From: Bilabrum cf. latius
Taxonomy: Eukaryota
NCBI GenBank assembly: GCA_965178125.1
Contig: OZ237735.1
Coordinates: 558,001-622,000 of the forward strand
DNA: 64,000 nt
Reading direction: 5' to 3'
Shown here piece by piece: positions 1 to 13,529 of this stretch (its first letter is position 1; each line of letters starts with the position of its first letter). A model generated the notes under the pieces. That model worked only from the letters and a program-made list of their open reading frames with translations, ran no database searches and was not told the origin of the DNA. Position numbers and translations under genes: made by a program.

Positions 1-458
1 AGAAGGTCTCGAGTGCTTGTGAAACCGAAACAGGGACCCACTGATCCCACCACTGAGAAAACCAAGAGAACAGAACATATTAAATCTCTCACTTCGGGTT
101 CAGCAGAACGCGAACGTTTCATTGCACCTGCAATGTGGCTCGTTCCGGTGCTCCGAGAATCTGCGTTTCTCCGACAAACAACACCGTACTATGGCATGAG
201 CTGCCGAGGTGCAACTAGTTCGATATAGGTAGAATTATGAGAACTTTGTCGGCAATTTTAAGATCAAGCAGTAGAATTAATGTAGGCGTATCCCAAGCGG
301 GAGCCGTGAGTCCATTTTTTGTTTGAGCATTGAATGAGAGGGCTGTGATGTGCACGTGACGTAGTGCACTCCATGCGGTGTGTTCGCCAATACCCCACAA
401 GTTCGGCGCAAATCCGATTCGATTTTCGGGTGTATTTTTTTGTTTTTTCCCCTTGCAG

Positions 459-1964
459 ATGTCGAGACGATTGATGGGTTCCTTATCTCGACGAAATGTG
501 AGTGGGGCACCCCAGAGGTCTTGGAATCGTGCGGCTCACGCTCGTGCTTTGCCGCTGCTGTGGAGACGGTAGCAGTCCCTTTGGAGAACACTACAGCGTA
601 GACTTGCATCGAGCCCAGCCGCGACATAGAGTAGCGCTACGCGTGTTGCCGGCGGGGTCAGCCCGACCGCGTTGCGGCTGGTCGCAGCCTGGATCTTCTC
701 CGTCGCTGCAATCGTGTATGTGATGGTCGTCGTAGGTGGCGTGACTAGATTAACCCGATCTGGCCTGTCCATGGTTGACTGGAGGCCGCAGGGCAGTTGG
801 CTGCCTCAGACCGACGAGGCATGGCAGGCCGAGTTCGACAAGTACTAGCAGTTCCCGGAATACAGACTCAGAAACATGGGCATGACGCTCGAAGAATTCA
901 AAGATATCTACTGGTGGGAATGGTTCCACAGGATGCTCGGGCGCGGTATCGGGCTAGCATTCGCGCTGCCAGGCGCGGCCCTCGCCCTCAGCGGGAGCAT
1001 ACCGCGGGCGCTGCGGGGTCGACTGGGCCTCGCCTTTGCGCTGGGTGGGACACAGGGACTCATTGGGTGGTGGATGGTGAAGAGTGGGCTCGACCACAAG
1101 AACTACGAGGGAGAGAACAAATTCAAGGATCCCCGCGTGTCGCCGTACCGTCTCGCAACGCACCTCACCATGGCGTTCAGCATCTTTGGGCTCCTGCTGT
1201 GGACTGGGTTTGACGCGCTTTCCATGGCTTCGGCAGCCGCTGCCGCTCGTGGGTCAGCCAAGGCCATCGCTGCGGCCCCGACTGCAGCGGCCACCCGAGC
1301 AGCCGCCCGGATGCTCCCCGCGCTCACTCTCGCCACTGGCCTCGTGGGGCTCACTTCTTTCGCGGGGGCCTTTGTGGCGGGCAACGACGCGGGCAGGGCC
1401 TACAACGACTGGCCCATGTACGCAGGCAGGCACGTGCCGGAGGAGATCTGGGACGACAAGCTGGGGTACAGGAACGTGTTTGAGAACACCGCGACGGTGC
1501 AGTTCGACCACCGAAATCTGGCCTACGCCACCGTGGCGGCTGTTGGTGTGACGATGGCCATGTGGCTCCGCAGTGGCGCCGCTCTTTTTCCCAAGTCGGC
1601 CAACGTCGCCCTTGCCCACCTCGGGCTGGGCGTGCTGGGCCAGGCAGGGCTGGGCATCGTGACCTTGATGTCGTACGTCCCGGTGGAGCTCGGTGCCGCG
1701 CACCAGGGAGGGGCTCTGGCTCTGCTTGCGGCGGCGCTCTGGTCTAGGCACGCGGTCGGGCGAGTGGCCGGCGGTGCGGGGGCTGTCCACAGAGCAGCAG
1801 CTGCCGGGGGGCCCGCGGGCGCGACTGCTGCTGCTGCTGCTGCTAGCTTGCTTGGTCTGAGGTGCCTGCCCGAGGGGTTTGGACGCGGGGGTTCTATGGC
1901 GGTCGAGCCGAGGGACTTGGGGACAGTGCGCGAGCTGGAGGACGACGTGCCGGGTTCGTAGTGA
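459..1964 (+). CDS. COX15: Heme A synthase COX15, ~501 aa when TAG is read as Gln
   Basis: Single frame from ATG 459 (Arg/Ser-rich targeting-like N-terminus) through VVVGGVTRLTRSGLSMVDW, EFDKY*QFPEY, WEWFHRMLGR, RVSPYRLATHL, GAFVAGNDAGRAYNDWP, VQFDHR and AHQGGA. In-frame TAG at 570, 627, 846 and 1959; TGA at 1962-1964. Confidence 0.93.
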
Positions 1965-2192
1965 AGCGCAGCTGCTCACCGGCTTGCAGCTGCAAGCGCT
2001 CCGAGTTTGAACAGAAATGAACTAAGGCGTACTCGGTACATTCAATTCCCATCATCGCATGCATTGTTGAGTTGCTGCCGCAGCAAGAACCGCAGTAACC
2101 CGGGGGTCTCACGATTCCGTAAAGAATCTGGTTTGTTGCGTGACGCGCAGCAAACTGCAAGATTGTCATTCAATTTCGTGGTGCATTTCCAG

Positions 2193-4447
2193 ATGCGAAC
2201 ATCTGCATCGATGCTTGCATTGCTTGCAAGTGCACTTGCAGCTGGATCTATGGCTGCCGCTCCTCCCAAGGTCCTAATGTTCGTGAGCACAACAGTCCGA
2301 TGGCGCGCATTCGTTCAGCAGTCTATTGATCTTCGAATCATGCTGCGTTCTTATCTCTCTGCAGGTTTTGGTTGATGACTGGGGATACGGTGACGTTGGA
2401 TTTCATCGTGAAAAGCCGGACGCGGAGGTAATCACCCCTACCATCGATCGCCTGGCCGGGCAAGACGGCGTTATCTTTGATCGCCACTTCGTGTACAAAT
2501 TTTGCACGCCGACGCGAAGCAGGTTAGCTATAGTGACCGTGCAACTCCTAGTGGTGCTGCCCATGGCTCTGCTGCATTCCTGGTTATCAATTTTCTCGGC
2601 CAAGTATCGCAGCCTCCTCTCCGGCCGTCTTCCAGTCCATGTGCAAACATCTCTCGCCGACCCCGAGCAGCCAAACTGCGGGATTCCTCGTAATATGACG
2701 GCTATTGGATCTGTCATGAAGCAGGCCGGGTACGAGACCCATGTTGTCGGCAAGGTGAGGCAATTTCACTGTGTAACAAGATCTACCTGCATCCAAGTGC
2801 CTGCGCCTCGGCATTCTGCACGGCCGCTCGACGCATTTGATAGAATCTACACTACGTTTCTACCGCAGTGGGACGCTGGCATGGCCACTCCCACCCACAC
2901 GCCCGAGGGCCGCGGGTTCGACTCCTCCCTCATCTACTTCGTGAGACTTGGATTGCAAGCCAATGGATTCCATGGGTGCTCGGTCCTGGTCTGCGCACCC
3001 TGCTGCATATGTGCATCGCATCCTCTTTGGCACCGCAGGAGCACAAGAACGACTTCTTCACCCAGATCGGGATGCAGAGCAAGTGCCTCAAGTATGACCC
3101 CACGATGGTGGACCTGTGGTCCAACGGGGCGCCCGCGCACGGGCTGAACGGGACGCAGTACGAGGAGTACATGTTCCGCGACCGTGTGATGAGCATCATC
3201 GACGACTGGGACCAGCAGAAGCCGTTGTTCCTTGTGTTCACGCCGCACGTGGCGCATTGTCCTCTGCAGGTGCCCGAGGATGTGTGGGAGAAGTTCGACT
3301 TTGAGGACGACGAGGGGCAGTGCAAGGCCCAGACCCCTTACATCTTCCCTGGCACGAAGGGCGCCGATCCTGCCTCGTACAGGTGCCGGTCGCAGTACCA
3401 CGCAATGGTCAGCATCCTTGACGACCACTTTGCCGCGATCGAGTCGAAGCTGAAGGGCATGAATGTGTGGGACGAGACGTTGATCGTGTCTTCCAGCGAT
3501 GTGAGTATAACTACAGTGGCTTTCCCGTTGCATCTTAACTCCATGATTGGTGTGTCGAGGTTGTGCTGACTTTCATCAGTAATCATTGCAAGGAGACAGC
3601 AATTGTGATGCAATTAAGAGGCTGCTCGACATGCCCCTCGATTCGACTGCCCGCAGAACGGCGGGCCCCTCGTCCTGGACGAAAGCGGTGCATCCAACCA
3701 TCCCCTCAAGGGAGGCAAGTATTCCAGGTGAGCAACTCCAGCAATCGCAGCGATGCGTCTCGGCATTAGGTGTCTTTTGTCAAGTGTCCAAGAGGTATCC
3801 GTTGGTTTCCATCTTCCCTGATCCGCAGCTGGAACGGTGGCACCATGTCCAACGCGTTCGCCACCGGCGGCTACCTGCCGCAGGCTGTCCGCGGCACTCG
3901 CAACGAAGGCCTCATGCACATCGCCGACTGGTACTACACGTTCGCCAAGGGCCTGGCCGGGGTGGATCCCACGGACCACGAGGCGGCCAAGGCTGGCCTG
4001 CCCCCGATCGACGGCGTGGACCTGTGGCCCCTGGTGTCCGGGCAGACCGCGACTTCTCCTCGCGAGGAGGTGGTGATTGACTCGCAGACGCTGATTCAGG
4101 GCAAGTGGAAGTACATCAAGGGCAAGCAGGGCTTCAGCAGCTGGGCCGGGGAGCGGTACCCCAACGCATCGAGCCACAAGATGAGCGTGGAAGTGACGCA
4201 GAACTGCGGCAACGGCTGCTTGTACAACATCGAGGAGGACGTGACGGAGCACGTGGATCTGGCCACCCAGTACCCCGACCGCGTGGCCAACATGAGTGCC
4301 CGGCTCACCACGCTGTCCAAGGACTTCTTCTCCAACAACGACACGGGCGTGGACCGGTGCCCAGCCGACAAGCCCGCGGGCATGCCTTGCGCGTGCTACC
4401 TGGGAATGCACGAGTACGGGGGCTTCTTCGGGCCGTACCAGTACTGA
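2193..4447 (+). CDS. Secreted arylsulfatase (ARSB-like), copy A, multi-exon
   Basis: Signal peptide; VLVDDWGYGDVGFH; formylglycine motif CTPTRSSLLSGR split by intron 2523-2612; GKWDAG; HCPLQVP; SSDNGG; NHPLKGGKYS; GT-AG introns; TGA stop. Confidence 0.9.
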
Positions 4448-4730
4448 GGCTGTTTGGGTGGATTTGCCGTGGTGGCGGTGACCAGATTTCGGGGTTATTT
4501 TAACGTTCTCACCACACGTGCTGCGCGTTTGCCCAAGTTGCGTTGCATCCGTGTTTGTTGACGCCTTGTACTCCTGGTCTGACATGGCGTACCCTACAAT
4601 TGACTGGGTTCGGAGAGCTTGCCCAGACGGACACACCCAGCGCTGCTCCCTGGCGTCGCGCCAGCACGCTGCCGTGCTGGCGGCGCCGCGCAACGGACTC
4701 CTCGGAACTCTGACAGCCGCCATTGGAAGT

Positions 4731-6934
4731 ATGAAGGCCGCCTTGCTGGCATGCTGCTGTATGTTATTAACACTTGCTAATGCAGCACCGCCGAAAGTCT
4801 TAATGTTTGTGAGTCCTGTCCTACGTTTCATTGCACGTAATCACTGTGCGATTTCACGAACTGCAACTGGGGCGCCAGGTCGAAGCAAGTCCTTGCAACG
4901 CCAAAATGGTTCTTCGATCGCAGGTTCTCGTCGATGATTGGGGGTATGGGGATGTCGGGTTCCACAGAGAATCCCCTGATCCCGAGCTTCCTACACAAAC
5001 AATCGACCGCCTGGCCACCGAAGAAGGTGTAGTGTTCGATAGGCATTTCGTGTACAAATACTGCACACCAACTAGAAGTAGGTGAGAGTATGACCAGAAT
5101 TGCATCAGCATTAACCTCTGGAACGATTAATTATCATGATACTACCCTTCACAATAGTCGTTAACCTCGCGCAGCCTCCTCTCCGGCCGTCTTCCAGTCC
5201 ATGTGCAAACATCGTTGGCGAATCCTGAAGATTCAAATTGTGGCATCCCGAGAAATATGACAGTAATCGCCTCATTGATGAAGCAGGCCGGGTACGAGAC
5301 CCATGTTGTCGGCAAGGTATGTCGCTTGCATTCGTGTATCTTGTCAAGTGTTCGAGAACACTAGCACAATGGCGCCTCGCAACGATTGAGCTGAATTTTG
5401 ATATTCATATACCTATATCACTACCGCAGTGGGACGCTGGCATGGCCACTCCCACCCACACGCCCGAGGGCCGCGGGTTCGACTCCTCCCTCATCTACTT
5501 CGTGAGACTTGGATTGCAAGCCAATGGATTCCATGGATGCTCGGTCCTGGTCTGCGCACCCTGCTGCATATGTGCATTGCATCCTCTTTGGCACCGCAGG
5601 AGCACAAGAACGACTTCTTCACCCAGATCGGGATGCAGAGCAAGTGCCTCAAGTATGACCCCACGATGGTGGACCTGTGGTCCAACGGGGCGCCCGCGCA
5701 CGGGCTGAACGGGACGCAGTACGAGGAGTACATGTTCCGCGACCGTGTGATGAGCATCATCGACGACTGGGACCAGCAGAAGCCGTTGTTCCTTGTGTTC
5801 ACGCCGCACGTGGCGCATTGTCCTCTGCAGGTGCCCGAGGACGTTTGGCAGCGATTCAGCTTTGAGGACGACGAGGGCCAGTGTCAAAAATACACCCCTT
5901 ACATCTTCCCTGGCACAAAGGGCGCCGATCCTGCCTCGTACAGGTGCCGGTCGCAGTACCATGGCATGATTAGCATCCTTGACGACCACTTTGCCGCGAT
6001 CGAGTCGAAGCTGAAGGGCATGAATGTGTGGGACGAGACGTTGATCGTGTCTTCCAGCGATGTGAGATAGGAGCATTCGTGCTATACCCGCGCTTATATA
6101 GTGCCTACATGCTGGCAGTTGTTCCAATCCCTGTCAAATTGCCCGCAGAACGGTGGGCCGATGAGCCCGTTCGAGAGTGGTGCATCCAACCACCCCCTCA
6201 AGGGAGGCAAGTACACCAGGTATGTAGAGCACTGACTTCGTCATTTTGCGCAAAGCAAAGATCGTATGCTGTTCATTCGGTTCATTTGCATGTGATCTTA
6301 CTTACTGTGTTCTGCAGCTGGAACGGAGGCACCATGTCCAACGCGTTCGCCACCGGCGGCTACCTGCCGCAGGCTGTCCGCGGCACTCGCAACGAAGGCC
6401 TCATGCACATCGCCGACTGGTACTACACGTTCGCCAAGGGCCTGGCCGGGGTGGATCCCACGGACCACGAGGCGGCCAAGGCTGGTGCCCCCGATCGACG
6501 GCGTGGACCTGTGGCCCCTGGTGTCCGGGCAGACCGCGACTTCTCCTCGCGAGGAGGTGGTGATTGACTCGCAGACGCTGATCCAGGGCAAGTGGAAGTA
6601 CATCAAGGGCAAGCAGGGATTTGCAACTTGGTCTGGCGAGCGGTACCCCAATGCCACCTCCACAGATGCAAAGGTCGACATCATGCAGAACTGCGGCAAC
6701 GGCTGCTTGTACAACATCGAGGAGGATGTGACGGAGCACGTGGATCTGGCCACCCAGTACCCCGACCGCGTGGCCAACATGAGTGCCCGGCTCACCACGC
6801 TGTCCAAGGACTTCTTCTCCAACAACGACACGGGCGTGGACCGGTGCCCAGCCGACAAGCCCGCGGGCATGCCTTGCGCGTGCTACCTGGGAATGCACGA
6901 GTACGGGGGCTTCTTCGGGCCGTACCAGTACTGA
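4731..6934 (+). CDS. Arylsulfatase tandem paralogue, copy B; apparent 2-nt frameshift near 6485 (pseudogene or assembly error)
   Basis: Same exon structure and motifs as copy A. Copy A reads gctggcctgcccccg, copy B gctggtgcccccg (CC missing), shifting the last exon out of frame. Confidence 0.8.
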
Positions 6935-7104
6935 GGGCTTTTAGCAACACTTGAATGATTTTAATCAGCGAATTGATGGTGGAATCGAAGTGAGCGCGTC
7001 TTGCCGTGAAACAACACGCAAATCGTCAACACCCCAGCACGAATAGCTTGTCTAGACGCAAAGAGAGGATACGGGTGTAGCTTAGCCCAAAGATCCAAGT
7101 ACAG

Positions 7105-8487
7105 TTAATCGAACGTGCCTCCGCGCCCACTCAATGCGCAATCAATCCTCACCCTAGCTCTAGCAATCGCTCCAAGATCCATCGCGATTGGTTTGATGGA
7201 ATGGTGCTTGAGCTGTCGATCTACAATCTGTACTTCTTTGGAGTACTTCGACCCCCCCGCGGCAAGGGACGACCCGCTGGCAACCCCCTTCTTTGACGTC
7301 TTGCTCGACGGCAGCACGCTCGCCCACGGCCCTGCGAGCAGCTTCCGGTACAGCTGCACCAGGGTCTCGCACGCCGCAATGGCAGTTAACCGGTAGGACA
7401 GGGGCGCAAACGGGGCCTGCATCCCCGTCAGAAATTCGTACCTAACACCACCAGCATGCTGCCACAGCTACGGGGCGATCGGCTCGGTTGGCGCTGCGTG
7501 CGAGACTGCGTCAGGGTACAGGCCGCCTGGGTTGGAGGCCCCGAACAGGAAGCGCCGGATGCTGCTGCTCACTCCCACGAGCGAGGCGGAGGACGGGGAC
7601 ACCTCGCCCGCACCGTGCCTGACCCTCGCGATCGATGCCCCAGACTCCAACTCTCGCTCTCTTCCAGTACTACCACTACCAATACTACTGCTCGTAGTGC
7701 CCCTCGCCCCCGAGCCGCCGTGACCGCTGCCAGCAGCCTCGGTGGACAGGCCAGCAGGCAGCCCATCTGGATCGACCGCGTCTCCTCTTGGATCAATGGT
7801 CGTACGAGTAGCAGCGGGTATTGCTGGCGCGCGACTTTTTGGCCCGACGGCTGTTCCGGTCTTGGCTGCTTCCGACGCACTCTCTTGGTCGGATGCTGCG
7901 CGGGGGGCGGCGCCGCCTCCTTTCGCTCGCCTTGCCTGCTCGGAGCGGGCCTTTGCCATCGCCTCGATTCGGCTCGAGCCCTGTTGGCTGCTGTTCTGTT
8001 CGAGAGATGGCAATTTAGGATCGATTGAGGCCAGGGGTCTGTCCCCTTTTGTCTTCGATGCCATTGGCGCGGATCGTCGCGTTGTTGCCGAAAGTGTTCT
8101 GGCACCCCACAGCGAGGTGGTTCCGTTGTCCGATCCTACCGACCGGATCCACTCCTCGAATTCATACATCATCTACGCTGCTGCTCGCAATGCTGGAAGA
8201 CCGTCTTCGTACGCAAGCACCTTGCCTGCAGACTCCGCGAGGATAGCGAAGGCCTGCGCCCGCATCATCATTGCAGGGCTGTTCGCTTGCGCCTTCTGTA
8301 CATCTTTCGCGCTAAGCAGCACACTATTCAAATAAAAGGCTTTGCCTTGCAAGCACGCGCTCAAAAACTCCAGAGCCTCGATGCGCTGACGAATCACAGC
8401 TCCAATCTGCGTTCCTGTTCTATCGTCCCTCACTTCATCCGATTCCAAGCGGGGCAACGCTCGTCGTTTGATTCCAGGCCCAGACAT
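7105..8487 (-). CDS. Conserved hypothetical protein resembling the yeast YKL075C-like family
   Basis: Three track ORFs join in one frame through TAG at 8173 and 7468 and end in TAA at 7105. Motifs RQRIEALEFLSACLQGKAFYLNSVLL and APFAPLSY..CETLVQLYRKL. Family call from memory; start uncertain. Confidence 0.55.
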
Positions 8488-8613
8488 GCAGGCTGTCCGA
8501 CAAGAATATGGTGTGAACTGCACCAATAGCATCAATTTTGCGAGCCGATCAAGCGGTAACTCGGAGCCTAACAGAATGGCGCGCAAACCTTGGCATTCTG
8601 GCATCAATTTGGA

Positions 8614-10779
8614 ATGTATTCTCACATCATTGCCATAACTGTACCCTGGATAGCGGCTGCATCGCTACAAAGCGACTGGCTGTGCACTGATGCCTCTTTT
8701 TCAGGCCTCTGTCAGTTGGTCCCAAAGCGGCCGGATGGCTAGCCGGTTTATAACAATGGGTCGATTCCAAATGCACCATGGGTAATAGGACGTAGCGATA
8801 AACTGGTAATTTCAGGCGGTGGGGCAGTGGCGCCTGGAGCGGTACCCGGGTTTCCACACCCAATAGTTTTCGTAATCGAGAATGGCGAGCTAGCGTTCTA
8901 GGGTGATAGTGCGTCGACAGAAATAACAACAAATGCTATTTTCGTCGCTTGCGATGCAGGGGTGATATCGCTGAAAGGACCTGTAACCGTGAGGCTGAAC
9001 CAGACGCAGCCCCAGTAGCTACCTTGGGTGCTGTCTGAACGGAGCCACTTTGAGGTCAACGGTCCGAATGTCCAGGTGTACCCTAATTCTGCTGAGTTGG
9101 AACCATCGGTCCAGGGCCAATGGCTGACGGTTGCGTCTCAGTCCTCGACGCTCCTTGCGGTGGATGGCCCGACGTTGCCTCGAATGTTCAAGGACTCGTG
9201 GGAGCTTGCTTCGGTCGGCAAAGCGCACACACAGCTAGTGCGGTCTGGCCCATTCCTGTGCGAAACTTACGTGCAAGGAGAGGCATATCTGGGGTACGAG
9301 AACTCCAGCTTCTTTGATATTTTCTTCGAGCTGTGCTCGCCCGGTGCCGGCGGCCTGGAGACCAACCAGCTGCACAGGGCAGGCTCAGACCGCGCTGCCC
9401 CCCAACCCCAACCAAATTTTGGCGAAGGAGAGCATGGTAGCCCCAAACCCATGCGATCGTTACGGCGCGGCGACCTACAGCCTGGTTTGATGCAGCTGCA
9501 GCGGCTGCTAGATGCTGGTACCACTGGCAGGCAGTCGCTTCGCAGTGAGCCATCCGACCGGCCTGCTGAGGCAGTGTCAAGCGCACGAGCAGCCGAGCTC
9601 AACAAACGGGCCCGCCTCCACCTGCCGGCTCTCCCGCAGCTGTGCAGCCCGGGGACTGTGGGACCGAAGGGATTGCCCGAGTGCTTCACCCCCCAGCAGC
9701 AACCGCTGGATTTCATGCTGCGGCCGCCAGCCGCCTCTTTCACGTTCAACTGCAGCGGGTCAAAGATTTTTTCGTGGGACGTGTCCACGCACCCAGAAAC
9801 GAATCTAACGGTGGATTCTGCTACCCAGTATTCGAACTTTGGAGTCGGGCTGGGCGGGGTGGTGGGCAACCTGGACCTAACCCTGATCACGGGAGCCGGA
9901 GGCACTGCCAAGGGGCTGCTGGACCGGTCCATCGTGGTCGGAACCCCTGGAGAGAAGGATGGCTTTGTGATAAGCTGGGCCGTGTGGGGAGGTGACATTC
10001 CGTCGCAGGTTAAGGTGGAGCCCGGCTCCACGGTCGGCGACTTCACGCTGCCCTTGGGCTCGGTTGGGCTGCTTGCACCGACCGTGCAGCTGACAGACGG
10101 CCAGGTGGTTGAAGGCAATGGCACATTGGTGCTATGCGTCGGGTGCTACATGGGAAACCAAGTCGTGGTGGAGCCAGGGGCAGCCATGCTGCTCAAGTAT
10201 GCAGTTGCGCAAGGGGCATTCAACATCCAGGGGACTCTCGTGGTATCGCATTCGCAGAAAGCAGCTAGCGCCAGCTACAGTGTACCGCCAGGATTCGAGG
10301 GGCAAATCCTCGAGATTGAGCTGTCTGCGCCTGCCAATGGTTCGAGCGTTGACGGGGCGGGCAAGGGAACGGTCCAGGTCGCGGGCACGGTGCAGGGTTT
10401 CGGGGAGGGCATGCAGCCGCTGCCGCCGTCCCACTTTCCAACAGCATTCGTCGCACAGTAGCAGGGTTGCGTGACAGATGCTAGTGGGAAATGGGAAGTG
10501 CTTGGTCTGATTCAGTCGCCTGTCTCTCCGGGAGGCTCCTTACTGCCTGGCGGGTGGACTCCGCCGTGCCGCAGCAGTGGTGGTGCTGGGAGCAAGGCAA
10601 GATGGTGGTCAGTTGGTGTTGGCTTCTTGGACACCGATGGCGACGATGGCGTGCTAGCGGACCGCTTTCTGGCAGGGTTGCCCGATGTGTCTTCTGCAGA
10701 ATTTGCGGGGGGGTTTGACCCGAGGTCGGTGGCGCTGAACGCCAGTATTGACGCGGTGTGTGTGCAAGTCTCGTGCTGA
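8614..10779 (+). CDS. Putative secreted/surface protein, ~721 aa, Gly/Val-rich beta-strand-like repeats
   Basis: One frame from ATG 8614 (hydrophobic N-terminus MYSHIIAITVPWIAAASL) to TGA 10777, broken only by TAG at 8740, 8899, 9016 and 10459. Confidence 0.6.
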
Positions 10780-10814
10780 AACTGCAGGGGCAAAAAGTGC
10801 ATGATATCTGCAAA

Positions 10815-13337
10815 TCAAGACAGCTGCTTGTGAACCATGGAAGTATACCTACCGCCTTTTTCAAGGAGCTCATCGTGCTTGCCTTCTTCCACGGCCTTGC
10901 CGCCTGCCAGCACCACGATGCGGTCTGCGTGCCGGACGCTGCTGAGCCGGTGAGCGATGATGACAGTGGTCGTGTTTCGCATAGCTCGACGCAGCGCGGC
11001 CCGTACCATTGCCGCGTTGTGCGCGTCCTGCGCCGCTGCGGGCTCATCCAGCAAGAGCAGCCGCGGCTTGCGCAGGATGGCGCGTGCGATCGCAAGCCGC
11101 TGTCGCTGCCCCCCACTCAGCAGTGCACCCCTTTCCCCGAGCTCCGTATCGAGCCCCTGCGGCAACCGAAACGCAAAGTCACAGCAGGCGTCCCGTGCAG
11201 CCTGCTCGATCTCTTCGTCCGAGGCACCCGGGCGCCCGTACCGGATGTTGTCTCGCACGGTGCCCGACCACAGGACGGGCTCCTGCGGTACCACCGCGAT
11301 TTGCCTGCGAACCCAGGTGGCGTCAGCCTCCCGGAGGTCTCTGCCATCCACGGTGACTCGACCGCTTTCCGTGGCGTAGAAGCGCTGGAGCAGCGCTGTG
11401 ATGGTAGACTTGCCAGCCCCGCTCTCGCCCACCAGAGCCACCACCTCACCCGCACCGATTTTCAGATTCAAGCCGTCCAGGACCGTCTGGCCCGGGCGAC
11501 TAGGATACGAGAATCGCACTTCGTGGAGCTCCAGCTCGCCCCTCATGCACCAGTTGTCCGAGCCAGCGGGCGGCTCGTCCTTTGGCAATCCGCTCCATTG
11601 CACGGATCTGCCGCCAGGTGAGAGCCCGTCCCATCTGAGCCCCCCCGGCCGATTCGCAACGGGCTCCAGGTCGAGCTGGTCGAGCACTCTTGACACAGTC
11701 CCGCCGGCCCTGCTGAGCTTCGCAGCCAGTGCAGACCCGCTCATAAGACTACGCTACAGGCCGACGGCTTGCGCCACGAATGCAGCCAAGTCACCCTGCG
11801 TCAGCTGCCCCGCCTGCACCAGCTAGCTGCCACCCCACAGCACGCCGCCAATCACGCCGCTCATGCCCAGCGACAGGCACGCGTGGAAAACCCCGGCGTA
11901 GGTACCCAGCCCAACGGCGAGCCTCCCGGCCTCGTCGTGCTTACCCTCGAACTTGGCAAGGGCAGCCTCCTCGCCCGTGTAGCTCTTCACCAGCCGTACG
12001 TTTGCAAGCGACTCGGCGGCCACGGCTGATGCGGCTGCGCTCGCATCCGAGTACTCTCTAGAGCAGCTCCGCAGGAAATAAAAAAAGGCGTTGCCTGCCA
12101 CCACAGCGGGAAGCGACACCGCCACCATGCCCCCAGTGAGAGCAGGCGAGATCAGGAGCAGAGACGCGAGGCCACCAACGAGGGCAGATGCAGTGCCCAC
12201 ACCACCACCAACCACTTCCCGCACGGACCTGCGAACCTCTCGCACGTCTGCATCGAGCATTTGGAGAAGATCACCGGCTTTGGATGCGTCGTGGTACGAC
12301 ACGTCCTGCCGCATCAGGGAGTCGAATAGCGCCGCGCGCATGCGGCCGCATACCCTCTCTGCGCCGATAGATGCCAGCAAGCTCGCACCCAGGCGAAGGG
12401 CAAACTGCGCAGCCAGCACGATCGCGATGGTTGCGATGCCGTGCTGGGAGGAGGAGGACGAGCGCCCATGCGAGCTGGAGCCCGTGAGCCAGCCGAGCCA
12501 TGACCCGCGCCCGGGGGCCCCACTGGCAGCCCCTCCTCCTGCTTTGCTGCCGCTGCCGGACACAGGTCCGGACATTTTGCTTGCAAGTGCTCCCAAGAGA
12601 TTCGGCGCCGCAACTCCCAATAGCGTCGATACTGCCTGCAGGGCAGCAGCACCGGCGAGAATCCAGACGTCCTCCCGGACGAACGTCCATAGCTTCTGCA
12701 GGAAGCGAGCAGCCCTCGACCGTAGGCGCTTGTGCATCTGTGGGCGGCTCTGAGGGGCTCCAGCTAGCGGGCTGAGGTTCGCGTGAGGCTGGGACGGGCG
12801 TCTGCCACTACCGGCAAGTTCGGGCTGCTCGGGTCTTGCTGGTCGGGTTGAAGATGTATGCATGTCGGCTGTCCGTGAGCCCCGCTTGTCATCGTCTGCG
12901 GATTCATCAATCGCGATCAGTGCTGCCGCCGCCAGTACGACTGCTGATGCATGCATGCTTGCGTCATGAGTTGCCTACCCCTTCAATCTCGCTGTGAAGA
13001 GGCTTGGCACAGCTCGCGGCGACAGTCGGAACAGCTCAAACAGGGATCGAGAATGCCATCCTTGACTGCTGGTGCCCTTCTTGCTTCCTAATTCGATGTA
13101 TTTTCGCCTGCCGCTGAGTCGCAGCGTACATACCTTGTGCGTTGCTTCGGGGCATCGGATGGAACTCGATTCCAGGGTTGAATACCCTGCCCGAATGCGA
13201 AATTCTTCGAGAGTTTGGATCAAACCTGCAACTTTTCTTTGCATACTTTCTGGCAATAATTGCCAAGCTTCGTCTGGAGCGTACGAAAAGCTTCGTGATG
13301 CGGAGTGCAGTCGAGCATTTGAAACAGCCTAGAGCAT
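10815..13337 (-). CDS. Mitochondrial ABCB half transporter (ABCB8/MDL-like), ~840 aa
   Basis: TMD (MRAALFDSLMRQDVSYHD, AAESLANVRLVKSY) plus NBD (GESGAGKST, LSGGQRQRLAIARA, LLLDE, IAHRLS) in one frame with TAG at 13329, 12975, 11823 and 11754. GL*RSL matches ABCB8 TVQRSM. TGA stop. Confidence 0.9.
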
Positions 13338-13529
13338 TGGAAAAACGGCCACACCAGCATGGTTCCTTGCACCTGCCCTCCCACGCATCTAGGGTAAGGC
13401 ATTTAGTGCTCGAGTGACCCGCTGCATCGGCCCAATGCAAATAGCTCAACAATTTTGTGCTGTATTGATACGATGTTCGTCACGCGGCGCACCATCGCCT
13501 GCATGCGTTTTAACGGCACCATTTACGCT

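Noticed and set aside
1-458. Short ORFs at the window start
   Set aside because: No recognisable product; may be intergenic or part of a gene outside the window.
11010-11060. Atypical D-loop in the ABC transporter (LLLDEPAAAQD)
   Set aside because: Walker A/B, signature and H-loop are intact; the deviation is too small to support a functional claim.
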